A DNA stretch of 64,000 nucleotides from Acidimicrobiia bacterium (GTDB lineage: Bacteria > Actinomycetota > Acidimicrobiia > Spongiisociales > ZC4RG35). Location of the stretch: positions 182 through 64,181 of the forward strand of contig JBGSYD010000037.1 in assembly GCA_041751055.1 (NCBI GenBank), in the 5' to 3' direction. A model generated the notes under the pieces. It saw only the letters and a program-made list of their open reading frames with translations. It was not told the DNA's origin and did no database searches. Both the position numbers and the translations under genes were made by a program. Below are positions 9,293 through 18,540 of the stretch, piece after piece. Numbering within the stretch: position 1 is the first letter of the stretch; every line of letters starts with the position of its first letter.

Positions 9293-10791
9293 GGTGTCGA
9301 TCCGAGCATCGCAAGACCGATATCGGTGATCTCGGCGTCGGGTGCAAACTCTCCGGCGATCCGTCCGTGATAGAGCACGAGGATGCGGTCGGCGAGCGCC
9401 AATACCTCGTCGAGCTCCGACGAAACCACTAGCACTGCTGCGCCAGCGTCACGTTTGGCGACGATCTGGGAGTGGATGTACTCGATGGAGCCGACATCGA
9501 TTCCCCTTGTTGGCTGGGCAGCGATGACCAGTTCTACTTCACGTTCGAATTCGCGGGCGACGATCACTTTTTGTTGGTTTCCACCAGAGAGAGTCGAGAC
9601 TGCGACCTCGATACCCGGTGTCCTTACGTCGTATTGCTCGACGAGCCGACGCGCCATATCGTGGGTCAAACCCCAATCCATGACCACGCCTTTCGAGTAT
9701 GGCCTTTCGTAATAGGAGTCCAGAACCATGTTCTCGGCGACTGTGAAATCGAGTACTAAACCACTCTCCTGGCGATCCTCGGGGATATGGGAGACCCCCA
9801 GTTTGTGCAGATCTCGTGGGGAGGAATCAGTGATGTCTTTGCCGCCCAATGTCACCGAGCCGGACATCACCGGCGTGAGTCCTGTGATGCCCTCGATCAA
9901 CTCGGTTTGACCATTGCCCTGCACCCCGGCGATACCGACGATTTCTCCAGTCTTCACAACAAAACTGACCCCGTCGACGGCCTTTACGTTCCTGCCGTCG
10001 AGGACCACCAGATCCTTCACCTCCAGAACGGTCTTACCAGGCGAGGATGGGCCTTTGGGCACCTTGAGGTCGACCGGACGACCAACCATCAGATCCGCCA
10101 GATCTTGTTGAGACACTTCAGTGGGCAGCACTTCACCGGCCACCTTTCCACCACGCATGACAACGATTCGGTCGGCCAATTCGAGGGCCTCACCAAGCTT
10201 GTGTGTGATGAAGATGATGCCCTTGCCGTCTCGTTTCAACCCTTCAACTATGCCAAAAAACTCGACTACTTCTTGCGGGGTGAGCACGGCGGTGGGCTCG
10301 TCGAAAATCACAAAACGAGCTTCTCTGTCGAGAACCTTGATTATCTCAACCCGTTGCTGGACGCCAACGGAGATGTCCTCAACGATGGCATCGGGATCCA
10401 CTCTGAGGTTATATCTCTCAGATATGTCCAAAACGGTCTTACGTGCGGCGTCTCTGTCGATGACTCCGCCAAAACCTGCGGGTTCCTGACCTAGCACCAC
10501 GTTCTCCGTGACGGTGAACACCGGGACCAGCATGAAGTGCTGGTGGACCATGCCAATCCCGGCCGCGATCGCGTCCGCCGAGGAGTCCAGGTTTCTCACT
10601 TCTCCATCGATCGTGATGGTGCCTTCGTCGGCGGAGTAGAGGCCGTACAAGATGTTCATCAGGGTGCTCTTGCCGGCACCATTCTCGCCGAGAAGCGCAA
10701 CGACTTCCCCGGGCGCTACCGAGAGTGACACCTGGTCATTGGCAAGGACACCGGGAAACCGCTTGGTAATCCCGCTCAGTACCAGCGACAA
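9289..10791 (-). CDS. ABC transporter ATP-binding protein, tandem-ATPase type (BMP/nucleoside importer)
   Basis: 500 aa with two NBDs; first Walker A GENGAGKST; typical CUT2/BMP-importer ATPase. Confidence 0.88.
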   Translation of the reverse strand: MSLVLSGITKRFPGVLANDQVSLSVAPGEVVALLGENGAGKSTLMNILYGLYSADEGTITIDGEVRNLDSSADAIAAGIGMVHQHFMLVPVFTVTENVVLGQEPAGFGGVIDRDAARKTVLDISERYNLRVDPDAIVEDISVGVQQRVEIIKVLDREARFVIFDEPTAVLTPQEVVEFFGIVEGLKRDGKGIIFITHKLGEALELADRIVVMRGGKVAGEVLPTEVSQQDLADLMVGRPVDLKVPKGPSSPGKTVLEVKDLVVLDGRNVKAVDGVSFVVKTGEIVGIAGVQGNGQTELIEGITGLTPVMSGSVTLGGKDITDSSPRDLHKLGVSHIPEDRQESGLVLDFTVAENMVLDSYYERPYSKGVVMDWGLTHDMARRLVEQYDVRTPGIEVAVSTLSGGNQQKVIVAREFEREVELVIAAQPTRGIDVGSIEYIHSQIVAKRDAGAAVLVVSSELDEVLALADRILVLYHGRIAGEFAPDAEITDIGLAMLGSTP

Positions 10792-10888
10792 ACCGCCTCC
10801 TTGCTCGACCAGAGTTCGGAAGATACCTTAGAACGATTTGAGCCCCGGCGACGCCGGGGCTCAAATACGATTCGCGATTCTCTATCGA

Positions 10889-12043
10889 CTACTCGGGTGC
10901 GGGTGCATACCTCGGGAAGTCGAGGGCCCCAGAAGCAATGTCCGCGAGGATCTGATCGACCTCGCCTGCGAGCTCGGCTGGTACCAGGTCAGACCACGAG
11001 TGATATTCGGACAAACCGACACCTTCATTCTCGAGGGTGCCGTTGGCGACACCTGGAGTCCAACTACCTGCGGCATGATCCTGGATCGAACGCATCACCT
11101 GGATGGCGATGCCCTTCTCGATCGTGGTCAACCACAGATCCTGGTACTCGGCGGGAGCGGCCAGGAATGCATCCTGGTCGACACCGATAAGCGAAGCATC
11201 GATGCCGCGGTCCTGGATCGCCGTCCCACATGGCAGGTTGATGGCGCCACCAACCGGCAGCATGACATCGGCACCTTCATCGAGGATGCTCTCACAGGTA
11301 GAGCGGACTGTCGGATCGGCCGGGTCGAACGTACCCGTGAACGTCCCGTCCACAGCGTCGACATCCCAACCAATGACGCGCACCGAGGTGCCTTTGACGT
11401 CGTTGTAGTGGGCGACACCCTTGGCGAAGCCATCCATGAAGATGGATACGGGCGGAATGTTGAGACCACCGTAGGTCCCGACTATCCCGGTCTTGCTCAC
11501 GCCAGCCGCGAGATAACCGGCAGCAAAGGCTGCTTCGTCGGTCTGATAGACGAGGCCCCGAACATTGGGGATCTCCGGGTCGTAAGCGAAGTCGACGATT
11601 GTCCAGTTGATGTCGGGGTTGGCAGCGGCGTTGGTCGCCGTTGCGTCACCCAATTCGAACCCGACTGTCACGATGTGCTGAGCGCCCTGGCTGATGCACT
11701 GGTCGATGTTCGGCTGGTAGTCAGCTTGCTCATCCGACTCCAACAAGAGCGGATCGGCCGCAGCGGCACCTGCATCTACAGCATCGAGCACGCCTTGCCA
11801 CGCCGCGGCGTTGAAGCTGCGGTCGTCGACACCTGCAAGGTCAGTGACCAAACAGACAGACACGGCGTCCGCCATGACTTCTGTCGTGGTGGTTTCGCCA
11901 CCTGTGGTCGTTGTCTCGACGGGTGGTGCCGTGGTTGTGGTCTGCCCGACTGTGGTTGTCGCTTCCCCGTCGTCTGAGCCACAGGCCGCAAGGACCAGAC
12001 CCAGTACCGCGAGAATCGCGATCAACCTCACGTAAGGTTTCAC
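10889..12043 (-). CDS. BMP-family (PnrA-like) ABC substrate-binding lipoprotein
   Basis: Signal peptide plus lipobox (LVLAAC GSD), Thr-rich linker, BMP/basic-membrane-protein fold signature. Confidence 0.82.
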   Translation of the reverse strand: MKPYVRLIAILAVLGLVLAACGSDDGEATTTVGQTTTTAPPVETTTTGGETTTTEVMADAVSVCLVTDLAGVDDRSFNAAAWQGVLDAVDAGAAAADPLLLESDEQADYQPNIDQCISQGAQHIVTVGFELGDATATNAAANPDINWTIVDFAYDPEIPNVRGLVYQTDEAAFAAGYLAAGVSKTGIVGTYGGLNIPPVSIFMDGFAKGVAHYNDVKGTSVRVIGWDVDAVDGTFTGTFDPADPTVRSTCESILDEGADVMLPVGGAINLPCGTAIQDRGIDASLIGVDQDAFLAAPAEYQDLWLTTIEKGIAIQVMRSIQDHAAGSWTPGVANGTLENEGVGLSEYHSWSDLVPAELAGEVDQILADIASGALDFPRYAPAPE

Positions 12044-12160
12044 GTTGAATTTCCTCCTGATGTTATGAATTCGGACGGAATCGTCCGCCCGCCGGGCAGG
12101 ATAGTGGGCAAAATCTTTCTATGGGCCGTCGTAGGCCGGTTAAGGCCGCCCACAGATTTC

Positions 12161-13099
12161 TCAAAGACGCGAGATCCGGTCTACCAAAAGGCCAAAGAAC
12201 CCGTCAGAGTCAATCTCGTTCATGACCGTCGCGTTTGGCGTCTGATCAGTGACGCCCCACCAGTCCACAACTGTCATACCGAGAGTTGGCCCGGGTGCGA
12301 TATCGACCTCAACTGCCACATGCCTGCCGGTGAATAAGTCAGGCTGGAGGAGGTACGCAATGACGGTCGGGTCGTGCAAGGGTCCACCCGGTATGTCGTA
12401 TTTGTTCTTGTCCCAGCGGTCATAGAAACCCAACATTCCAGCTACCGCATCACCAGCTCTTGTGCCCAGCTCCTCGAACTTCTGGAGTCGGTCCGGTGTG
12501 GTGAGAGCTTTGTGCGTGACGTCGAGGGGCATCATCACGATCGGTATGCCGCTGGTGAATACGAGGTGGGCTGCGTGGGGGTCGACATAGATGTTGAACT
12601 CGGCGGCCGGCGTCGTATTACCGCCCTCGAAAAAGCCCCCGCCCATCATCACGATCTGCTCGATGTTGGTGACGATCCGGGGCTCACGTACCAGGGCGAG
12701 CCCGACGTTCGTTAGGGGGCCGAGAGTGCACAGGGTTACCGGGCCTTCATGGGACATGACGATTTCCACGATCTTGTCGACAGCGTGTCCCGGCTTCGGT
12801 TGCAGATCGGGCAGTGGAAGATCCGCGCCATCGAGGCCGGTTGGCCCGTGTACATACTCGGCGGTAATGAGGTCGCGCACCATGGGACGAACCGATCCCC
12901 TGAACACAGGAACGTCGGTGCGAGCAGCAAGCTCCACCAGAGCGAGACTGTTCCTGACGGTCAGGTCAAGTGGCACATTGCCGGCCACAACCGTAATAGC
13001 CAGAACGTCAAATGCCTCAGGAGATGCGAGAGCTACGAGGATGGCTACAGCGTCGTCTTGACCGGGATCGGTGTCGATGATGATCGGCGTGGTGATCAC
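12161..13099 (-). CDS. nucleoside hydrolase (inosine/uridine-preferring family)
   Basis: IIIDTDPGQDDAVAIL aspartate-cluster motif of the IU-nucleoside hydrolase family; 312 aa. Confidence 0.85.
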   Translation of the reverse strand: MITTPIIIDTDPGQDDAVAILVALASPEAFDVLAITVVAGNVPLDLTVRNSLALVELAARTDVPVFRGSVRPMVRDLITAEYVHGPTGLDGADLPLPDLQPKPGHAVDKIVEIVMSHEGPVTLCTLGPLTNVGLALVREPRIVTNIEQIVMMGGGFFEGGNTTPAAEFNIYVDPHAAHLVFTSGIPIVMMPLDVTHKALTTPDRLQKFEELGTRAGDAVAGMLGFYDRWDKNKYDIPGGPLHDPTVIAYLLQPDLFTGRHVAVEVDIAPGPTLGMTVVDWWGVTDQTPNATVMNEIDSDGFFGLLVDRISRL

Positions 13100-13108
13100 A
13101 GGAGAGTA

Positions 13109-14023
13109 TCAAACCGCCAGGAGGGCCTCAACGTCCGCTCGGACCGGCATCCCTGACTGTGCCCCAGCTTGAGTGACAGCAATTGCCCCCGCCGCAGTCG
13201 CGAAACGGACAGCCTCACCGAGCGCACTGCCTTGACTCAGTGACGCAGCAAGAGCCCCACAGAAAGTATCACCGGCACCCGTCGGATCGACCGCATCGGC
13301 CTCGAATGGGGCATAGTGCTCAACGATGGCCCCATCGACAAGCAGAGCTCCCTCAGCACCGAGGGTGACGACTGTGGCGTGCTGCGGTTTGAGGGCCCGA
13401 ACAGCAGCGACGGCGTCGTCGACTGTTGTGATGTCGAGCCCCGACGTCAGAAATGCAAGTTCGGCGCGGTTCGGAATAAGCAGGTCGGTTTGTCTGAGCA
13501 GGGATTCCGGCAGCAACAATGCAGGCGCCGGGTTGAGGCAGAAGAATCCCTCCGAATATCCGGCTGAAGCTTCCACCGTTGCCAGGGGAATCTCCAATTG
13601 TGTCAGGACCACCCGAGCCTTCGAAATAGCTGCGGCATGTTCAGCGAGTTGGTCCGGCGTGAGCCGCATATTGGCGCCGGGGCTGAGCACGATCGTATTT
13701 TCGGCTTTTTCGTCGACGACGATCGAAGCCATACCAGTTGCGACATCATGGTCGATGCCGATCATCGCGACGTCTACGCCCTCCCCTGCCAACCCGTTGA
13801 CAAGCGCCCTGCCCCATTCGTCATCGCCAACACGGGCCACCATGCCAACCCGGGCGCCAAGACGGCTTGCGGCAACCGCCTGATTTGCTCCCTTTCCCCC
13901 CGGCCCGACGAAGTGACTGCTGCCCATGACCGTCTCCCCTGGTCCGGGAAAGTGTTGGGTCATCACGGTGATGTCGTAATTGATCGATCCGATAACCAGA
14001 ACGTCGAACTCCATGGGGATCAA
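13109..14023 (-). CDS. rbsK: ribokinase (PfkB family)
   Basis: VLVIGSINYDI..., GGKGANQAVAASRLG and C-terminal GAGDTFCGAL motifs of PfkB/ribokinase. Confidence 0.82.
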   Translation of the reverse strand: MIPMEFDVLVIGSINYDITVMTQHFPGPGETVMGSSHFVGPGGKGANQAVAASRLGARVGMVARVGDDEWGRALVNGLAGEGVDVAMIGIDHDVATGMASIVVDEKAENTIVLSPGANMRLTPDQLAEHAAAISKARVVLTQLEIPLATVEASAGYSEGFFCLNPAPALLLPESLLRQTDLLIPNRAELAFLTSGLDITTVDDAVAAVRALKPQHATVVTLGAEGALLVDGAIVEHYAPFEADAVDPTGAGDTFCGALAASLSQGSALGEAVRFATAAGAIAVTQAGAQSGMPVRADVEALLAV

Positions 14024-14069
14024 CGGTAATGGTGCCTCAGCCCGTGCCGGGCTCAGATAACAGCGTGAG

Positions 14070-14744
14070 CTATTCGACGACTTCGAGAAGCTTGGCGTTT
14101 ACATTCGACAGGGGGATCAGGTTGGCTCCATCGAGACTTGCGTATTCCCAATGCCATGGCTCAGCCGTCTTCAACCCGCACTTGGCCCAATATGGATGAA
14201 CCCAACCGAACTCATACGCATTGGACTGCAGCCAGATAAAGGCTCGGTCCCGACAGCCCAGCGTGCGTTCGCCAGCCCCGAAGTCGATCGCGCGTCCCCA
14301 ACCATGGTTGGATTCCCCGGCCCGGGCCGTGGGAGGGCCGCTGCACACCCGCACAGATTTCGTGCCCACTTTGAATTTCTCATGGGTCATCGGATCGGTC
14401 TCGTACACAGGGACCTCGGTGTAGGGACAGCGACGCTCGTAAGCGGCCTTTTGCTGGTAATAGGTCCGATAACACTCAAGTGGCTGGAGGTCGACTCCGT
14501 CGCGGTGTGCCGCCTCTTCCATCAGCGCATATGTGTACGCCGCGTCTCGTTCGAGCGTGCAGCCGCGAAAGGAGAGCAAACGAGCAGTGTCCATGAACCC
14601 ATTGACGTAGCCGTCGATTTCGAGATCAACTGTGAGAGCTTCGTTGGCCAGGGGGACATAGTCAGCCTGAGCGGACGCACCGATCAGGGTGATTGTGAGT
14701 ATTAGGGAGGCTAGTTTCATTTGGGCAGCAAAAGGTTTGCCCAA
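14070..14744 (-). CDS. secreted peptidase M15 (VanY/D-Ala-D-Ala carboxypeptidase-like)
   Basis: N-terminal signal peptide; SNHGWGRAIDF metal-binding motif typical of M15B/VanY; two Cys pairs. Confidence 0.65.
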   Translation of the reverse strand: MGKPFAAQMKLASLILTITLIGASAQADYVPLANEALTVDLEIDGYVNGFMDTARLLSFRGCTLERDAAYTYALMEEAAHRDGVDLQPLECYRTYYQQKAAYERRCPYTEVPVYETDPMTHEKFKVGTKSVRVCSGPPTARAGESNHGWGRAIDFGAGERTLGCRDRAFIWLQSNAYEFGWVHPYWAKCGLKTAEPWHWEYASLDGANLIPLSNVNAKLLEVVE

Positions 14745-14794
14745 TGACTATCGGCTTTTCAGGCCTTAACTTGAGGGCTTGGCCCAAGGGAGGC

Positions 14795-17275
14795 TTACTC
14801 CTGGCCCGCAAGCTCCACTGACGGGGTCTCGGGCGTGGCGAATGCTTCGAAGGTGAGCTCGTCGACGTCGCCGTCGAAACCGACAAGGATCGTGTTCCCA
14901 GCCTTGAACTCGCCAAGGAGAACCCTTTCAGATAGTGGATCTTCGAGGAGGCGCTGGATGGCCCGGCGGAGCGGTCGTGCCCCCAACTCGGGGTCATAAC
15001 CCTGGGTACCGAGGTATTCCTTCGCTTCATCGGTCAAAACCAGGTCCAGTTGCTGTGCGGTGAGCTGCTTGCGGACCCGCTCGAGCATCAGGTCGACGAT
15101 CTGCTTCAGCTCATCCATGGTCAACTCGTGGAACACGATGATGTCATCGATACGGTTGATGAACTCGGGTCGGAAGTGCCGCTTGAGCTCCTCGGTGACC
15201 TTCTCCTTCATGTACTCGTAGTCCTGTTCTACATCGTCGAGATGGAAACCAACGGCCTTCTTGTGCAGATCGCGGGTACCGAGGTTGGAGGTCATGATGA
15301 TGACGGTGTTCTTGAAGTCGACCGTTCGCCCCTGAGCGTCAGTGAGTCGTCCCTCTTCGAGTATCTGAAGCAGGGTGTTGAAGACGTCGGGGTGTGCCTT
15401 CTCGATCTCGTCGAAAAGGACCACCGAAAACGGCTTGCGCCGCACAGCCTCGGTCAGCTGGCCACCCTCGTCGTAACCGACGTATCCGGGTGGCGAGCCG
15501 ACCAGCCGGCTCACTGTGTGCTTTTCCATGTATTCGGACATGTCGAGCTGAATCAGTGCGTCTTCTTGGCCGAATAGGAACTCGGTGAGAGCCTTTGCCG
15601 TCTCGGTCTTGCCGACACCGGAGGGGCCTAAGAAAATGAACGAGCCCGCCGGGCGCCTGGGATCTTTCAGCCCGGCGCGGGTACGACGAATGGCCTTGGA
15701 CACGGCTGCGATGGCGTCCTCCTGGCCGATGATCCGCTTGTGCAGCTCTGATTCCATCTGTATGAGACGTGCGGTTTCTTCTTCGGTGAGACGGTGCACG
15801 GGGATCCCGGTCCATTGGGCCAGCACTTCTGCAATACCCTCTTCGTCGATGACCCAGCCGTCTTCGGGATTCTCGGCCTCTTTGGAGGCGCGATCTGACA
15901 GGAGGCCCCGCTCTTCATCGCGGAGGGTGGCAGCCCTCTCGTAATTCTCGGCACCAACGGCGTCCTGTTTGTCCGTGCGGACGGATGCGAGCTTGGTGTC
16001 GATCTCGAGGATCTCGGGGACGTCGCTGCTTCGGAAGATCCTGGTGCGCGACCCGGCTTCGTCGATGAGGTCGATGGCCTTGTCGGGAAGGAACCGATCG
16101 GCCAGATATCTGTCGGCCAGGTTGGCGGCCGACACAATCGCCTGATCGGTGAAACGAACCGAGTGGTGCGCTTCGTAGCGGTCTTTGAGGCCCATCAATA
16201 TCTTGATGGTGTCGGGAACCGAAGGCTCCTCGACCTGGACTGGTTGGAACCTGCGCTCCAGGGCAGAGTCCTTCTCGAGGTACTTGCGATACTCCTCGAG
16301 AGTTGTGGCCCCAACAGTTTGCAACTCGCCCCGGGCCAGCATCGGCTTGAGGATCGAGGCCGCATCAATGGCGCCTTCGGCCGCGCCGGCACCGACAAGA
16401 GTGTGGATCTCGTCGATGAAGAGGACAATATCTCCTCTGGTCTTGATCTCTTTCAGGACTTTCTTGAGACGTTCCTCGAAATCACCGCGATATCTCGAGC
16501 CTGCAACAAGTGCCCCGAGGTCAAGGGTGTAGAGGTTCTTACCGTTGAGGTTCTCTGGCACGTCCTTGGCAACTATTTTCTGGGCCAGCCCCTCGACGAT
16601 GGCGGTCTTGCCGACGCCGGGCTCACCGATCAGAACCGGGTTGTTCTTGGTGCGCCGGGAAAGTATCTGCATGACCCGTTCGATCTCACGGGATCGACCG
16701 ATGACAGGGTCGAGTTTCCCATCCCGGGCAAGGGCTGTGAGGTTGCGGCCGAACTGGTCGAGCACGGTCGAACCCGAGCCCGACGATTCGCCACGTCCAC
16801 CAGTGCCAGCGCTTTGTGGCCCTTGCTCTTCACTGCCGCCCGGGCCACTGAGAAGCTGGATGACTGTTTGGCGGACCTTCTGCAATTCGGCGCCTAGCTG
16901 TTGCAGAACCTGAGCTGCCACGCCTTCACCCTCGCGGATCAGCCCGAGGAGGATGTGCTCGGTTCCGATGTAGTTATGGCCTAGCTGTAGCGCCTCGCGC
17001 AGACTCAGCTCAAGAACCTTCTTGGCACGGGGTGTGAACGGGATGTGGCCAGAAGGCGACTGCTTGCCCTGACCGATGATCTTGACGACTTCTTCGCGCA
17101 CCGAGGCAAGGTCGATGTCCAGGCTTTCCAGCGCCTGAGCAGCGATTCCTTCGCCTTCGTTGAGTAACCCAAGCAGAATGTGCTCGGTTCCTATGTAGTT
17201 GTGATTGAGGAGCCGAGCCTCTTCCTGGGCCAGTACGACCACACGTCGGGCACGGTCCGTAAACCGTTCAAACAC
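14795..17275 (-). CDS. clpC: ATP-dependent Clp protease ATP-binding subunit ClpC
   Basis: 826 aa; N-terminal double Clp_N repeats ([13 protein letters not shown]...), two AAA+ modules ([16 protein letters not shown]), UVR-like linker. Confidence 0.95.
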   Translation of the reverse strand: MFERFTDRARRVVVLAQEEARLLNHNYIGTEHILLGLLNEGEGIAAQALESLDIDLASVREEVVKIIGQGKQSPSGHIPFTPRAKKVLELSLREALQLGHNYIGTEHILLGLIREGEGVAAQVLQQLGAELQKVRQTVIQLLSGPGGSEEQGPQSAGTGGRGESSGSGSTVLDQFGRNLTALARDGKLDPVIGRSREIERVMQILSRRTKNNPVLIGEPGVGKTAIVEGLAQKIVAKDVPENLNGKNLYTLDLGALVAGSRYRGDFEERLKKVLKEIKTRGDIVLFIDEIHTLVGAGAAEGAIDAASILKPMLARGELQTVGATTLEEYRKYLEKDSALERRFQPVQVEEPSVPDTIKILMGLKDRYEAHHSVRFTDQAIVSAANLADRYLADRFLPDKAIDLIDEAGSRTRIFRSSDVPEILEIDTKLASVRTDKQDAVGAENYERAATLRDEERGLLSDRASKEAENPEDGWVIDEEGIAEVLAQWTGIPVHRLTEEETARLIQMESELHKRIIGQEDAIAAVSKAIRRTRAGLKDPRRPAGSFIFLGPSGVGKTETAKALTEFLFGQEDALIQLDMSEYMEKHTVSRLVGSPPGYVGYDEGGQLTEAVRRKPFSVVLFDEIEKAHPDVFNTLLQILEEGRLTDAQGRTVDFKNTVIIMTSNLGTRDLHKKAVGFHLDDVEQDYEYMKEKVTEELKRHFRPEFINRIDDIIVFHELTMDELKQIVDLMLERVRKQLTAQQLDLVLTDEAKEYLGTQGYDPELGARPLRRAIQRLLEDPLSERVLLGEFKAGNTILVGFDGDVDELTFEAFATPETPSVELAGQE

Positions 17276-17377
17276 CTTCTGCTCCTAACCCTGGCATACG
17301 CAAGTTTACCACCGGCCCGTTCTTTGAACCTCTACCCGAATGTCACTCCGAACATTGTCGTAATACCATCGGCAAGA

Positions 17378-18367
17378 ATGGAAGACCTCCAAAGCATCAT
17401 TCGTATTCCCCGAATCTGGAATTCGCTGGCGCGAGTCGAAGAGCGTTTGCTCGAAGCCGCCACCGCAGATGACGCGTATCTCACCAAGATCGCTCAACAC
17501 CTTTTGATAGCCGGAGGAAAGAGGTTCCGGCCCTTGTTAGCTCTGTTGGCTGCAGAATTCGGTGAGTCCGGCGACCGCCGACCCATCGAGGCTGCTGTGT
17601 CCGTCGAGTTGATCCATGTCGGATCCCTTTACCACGACGACGTCATCGACGAGTCAGACATCCGGCGGGGAGCAGCCTCCGCCAATGCCAATTGGTCGAA
17701 CACCGTCGCCATCCTCGCCGGTGACTTTCTCATGGCCCGCGCTTCTGAGGTCGCCGCCACCTATCTCAGTCAGGAGTCTGTGCGACTACTCGCGGCGACG
17801 TACGCCGAATTGGTCGAGGGTCAGACCCGCGAGCTGCAACTCGAGGGTGACTTCAAACACTCACTCGAAGAATACGAAAAAGTCATCGGCGGCAAGACCG
17901 CCTCGCTTGTCCGCACATCAGCTCGACTCGGTGCAGCCGCTGCTGACGCCACGCCACCAGTCGTCGATGCTCTTTCGACTTGGGCGTGGGAAGTGGGCAT
18001 GGTCTTCCAAATCGCCGACGATGCCCTCGATCTCGTCGCTGACGAAGAGACGATCGGCAAACCAGCAGGGTCTGATATCCGCGAGGGAACGTTCACCATG
18101 CCGGTCTTGACCGCGGCAGCAGGCCCCGATGGGGAGCGCATCAGAGAGCTACTCAGCCACGAAATGCCCTACCCGGACGAAGTGATACGGGAAGTCATCG
18201 AGTTGGTCCGAGCCGGTGGCCATATCGAGAACGCCCTCGCCGCCGCCAGCGCTCGCCTGGCCCGGGCCGATCAGGCCCTCGAGATCCTTCCTCAAGGTGA
18301 AGCCAGAGAGATCCTGCAGACGCTGGGCGGCTATCTGCTCGCCCGCGTAGAAGCAGCGAGGGACTAG
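17378..18367 (+). CDS. polyprenyl diphosphate synthase (trans-isoprenyl diphosphate synthase family)
   Basis: FARM-type DDxxD motifs (LIHVGSLYHDDVIDESD; second DD motif near QIADDALD). Start reassigned to the ATG at 17378 because the track ORF from 17180 overlaps the clpC start. Confidence 0.85.
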   Translation: MEDLQSIIRIPRIWNSLARVEERLLEAATADDAYLTKIAQHLLIAGGKRFRPLLALLAAEFGESGDRRPIEAAVSVELIHVGSLYHDDVIDESDIRRGAASANANWSNTVAILAGDFLMARASEVAATYLSQESVRLLAATYAELVEGQTRELQLEGDFKHSLEEYEKVIGGKTASLVRTSARLGAAAADATPPVVDALSTWAWEVGMVFQIADDALDLVADEETIGKPAGSDIREGTFTMPVLTAAAGPDGERIRELLSHEMPYPDEVIREVIELVRAGGHIENALAAASARLARADQALEILPQGEAREILQTLGGYLLARVEAARD

Positions 18368-18390
18368 CCGGCCTGCCGCAGAGGTCGGGT

Positions 18391-18524
18391 CGCGTCCCAG
18401 GCACCGCCGTTGGGACCTTGCCACCCTCCCCCTCGCTGCGCTCGGGTACTCCCTCAGCAAGCGGAGGGAGAGCGCAGGCACGCGGAGGGAGAGCCGAGGG
18501 AGAGCGGAGGGACAGTGTGAGGAG
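18391..18524. repeat. dispersed intergenic repeat element, copy A (conserved core plus degenerate GGAGGGAGAGC 11-mer array)
   Basis: Core gttgggaccttgccaccctccccctcgctgcgctcgggtact followed by agcggagggag-type units. It matches the reverse complement of 47225..47415. Confidence 0.7.
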
Positions 18525-18540
18525 AGGCGTCTCGCGCCTC

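Noticed and set aside
10838-11977. 379-aa plus-strand ORF antisense to the BMP substrate-binding protein gene
   Set aside because: It lies entirely within and opposite a well-supported gene. The composition (Arg/Gly/Asp-rich, no motifs) is typical of antisense frames in high-GC DNA.
17180-17377. 5' extension of the polyprenyl synthase ORF overlapping the first 96 nt of clpC
   Set aside because: Homology to polyprenyl synthases begins after the internal ATG at 17378; the extension would overlap the divergent clpC start. The shorter gene is preferred.
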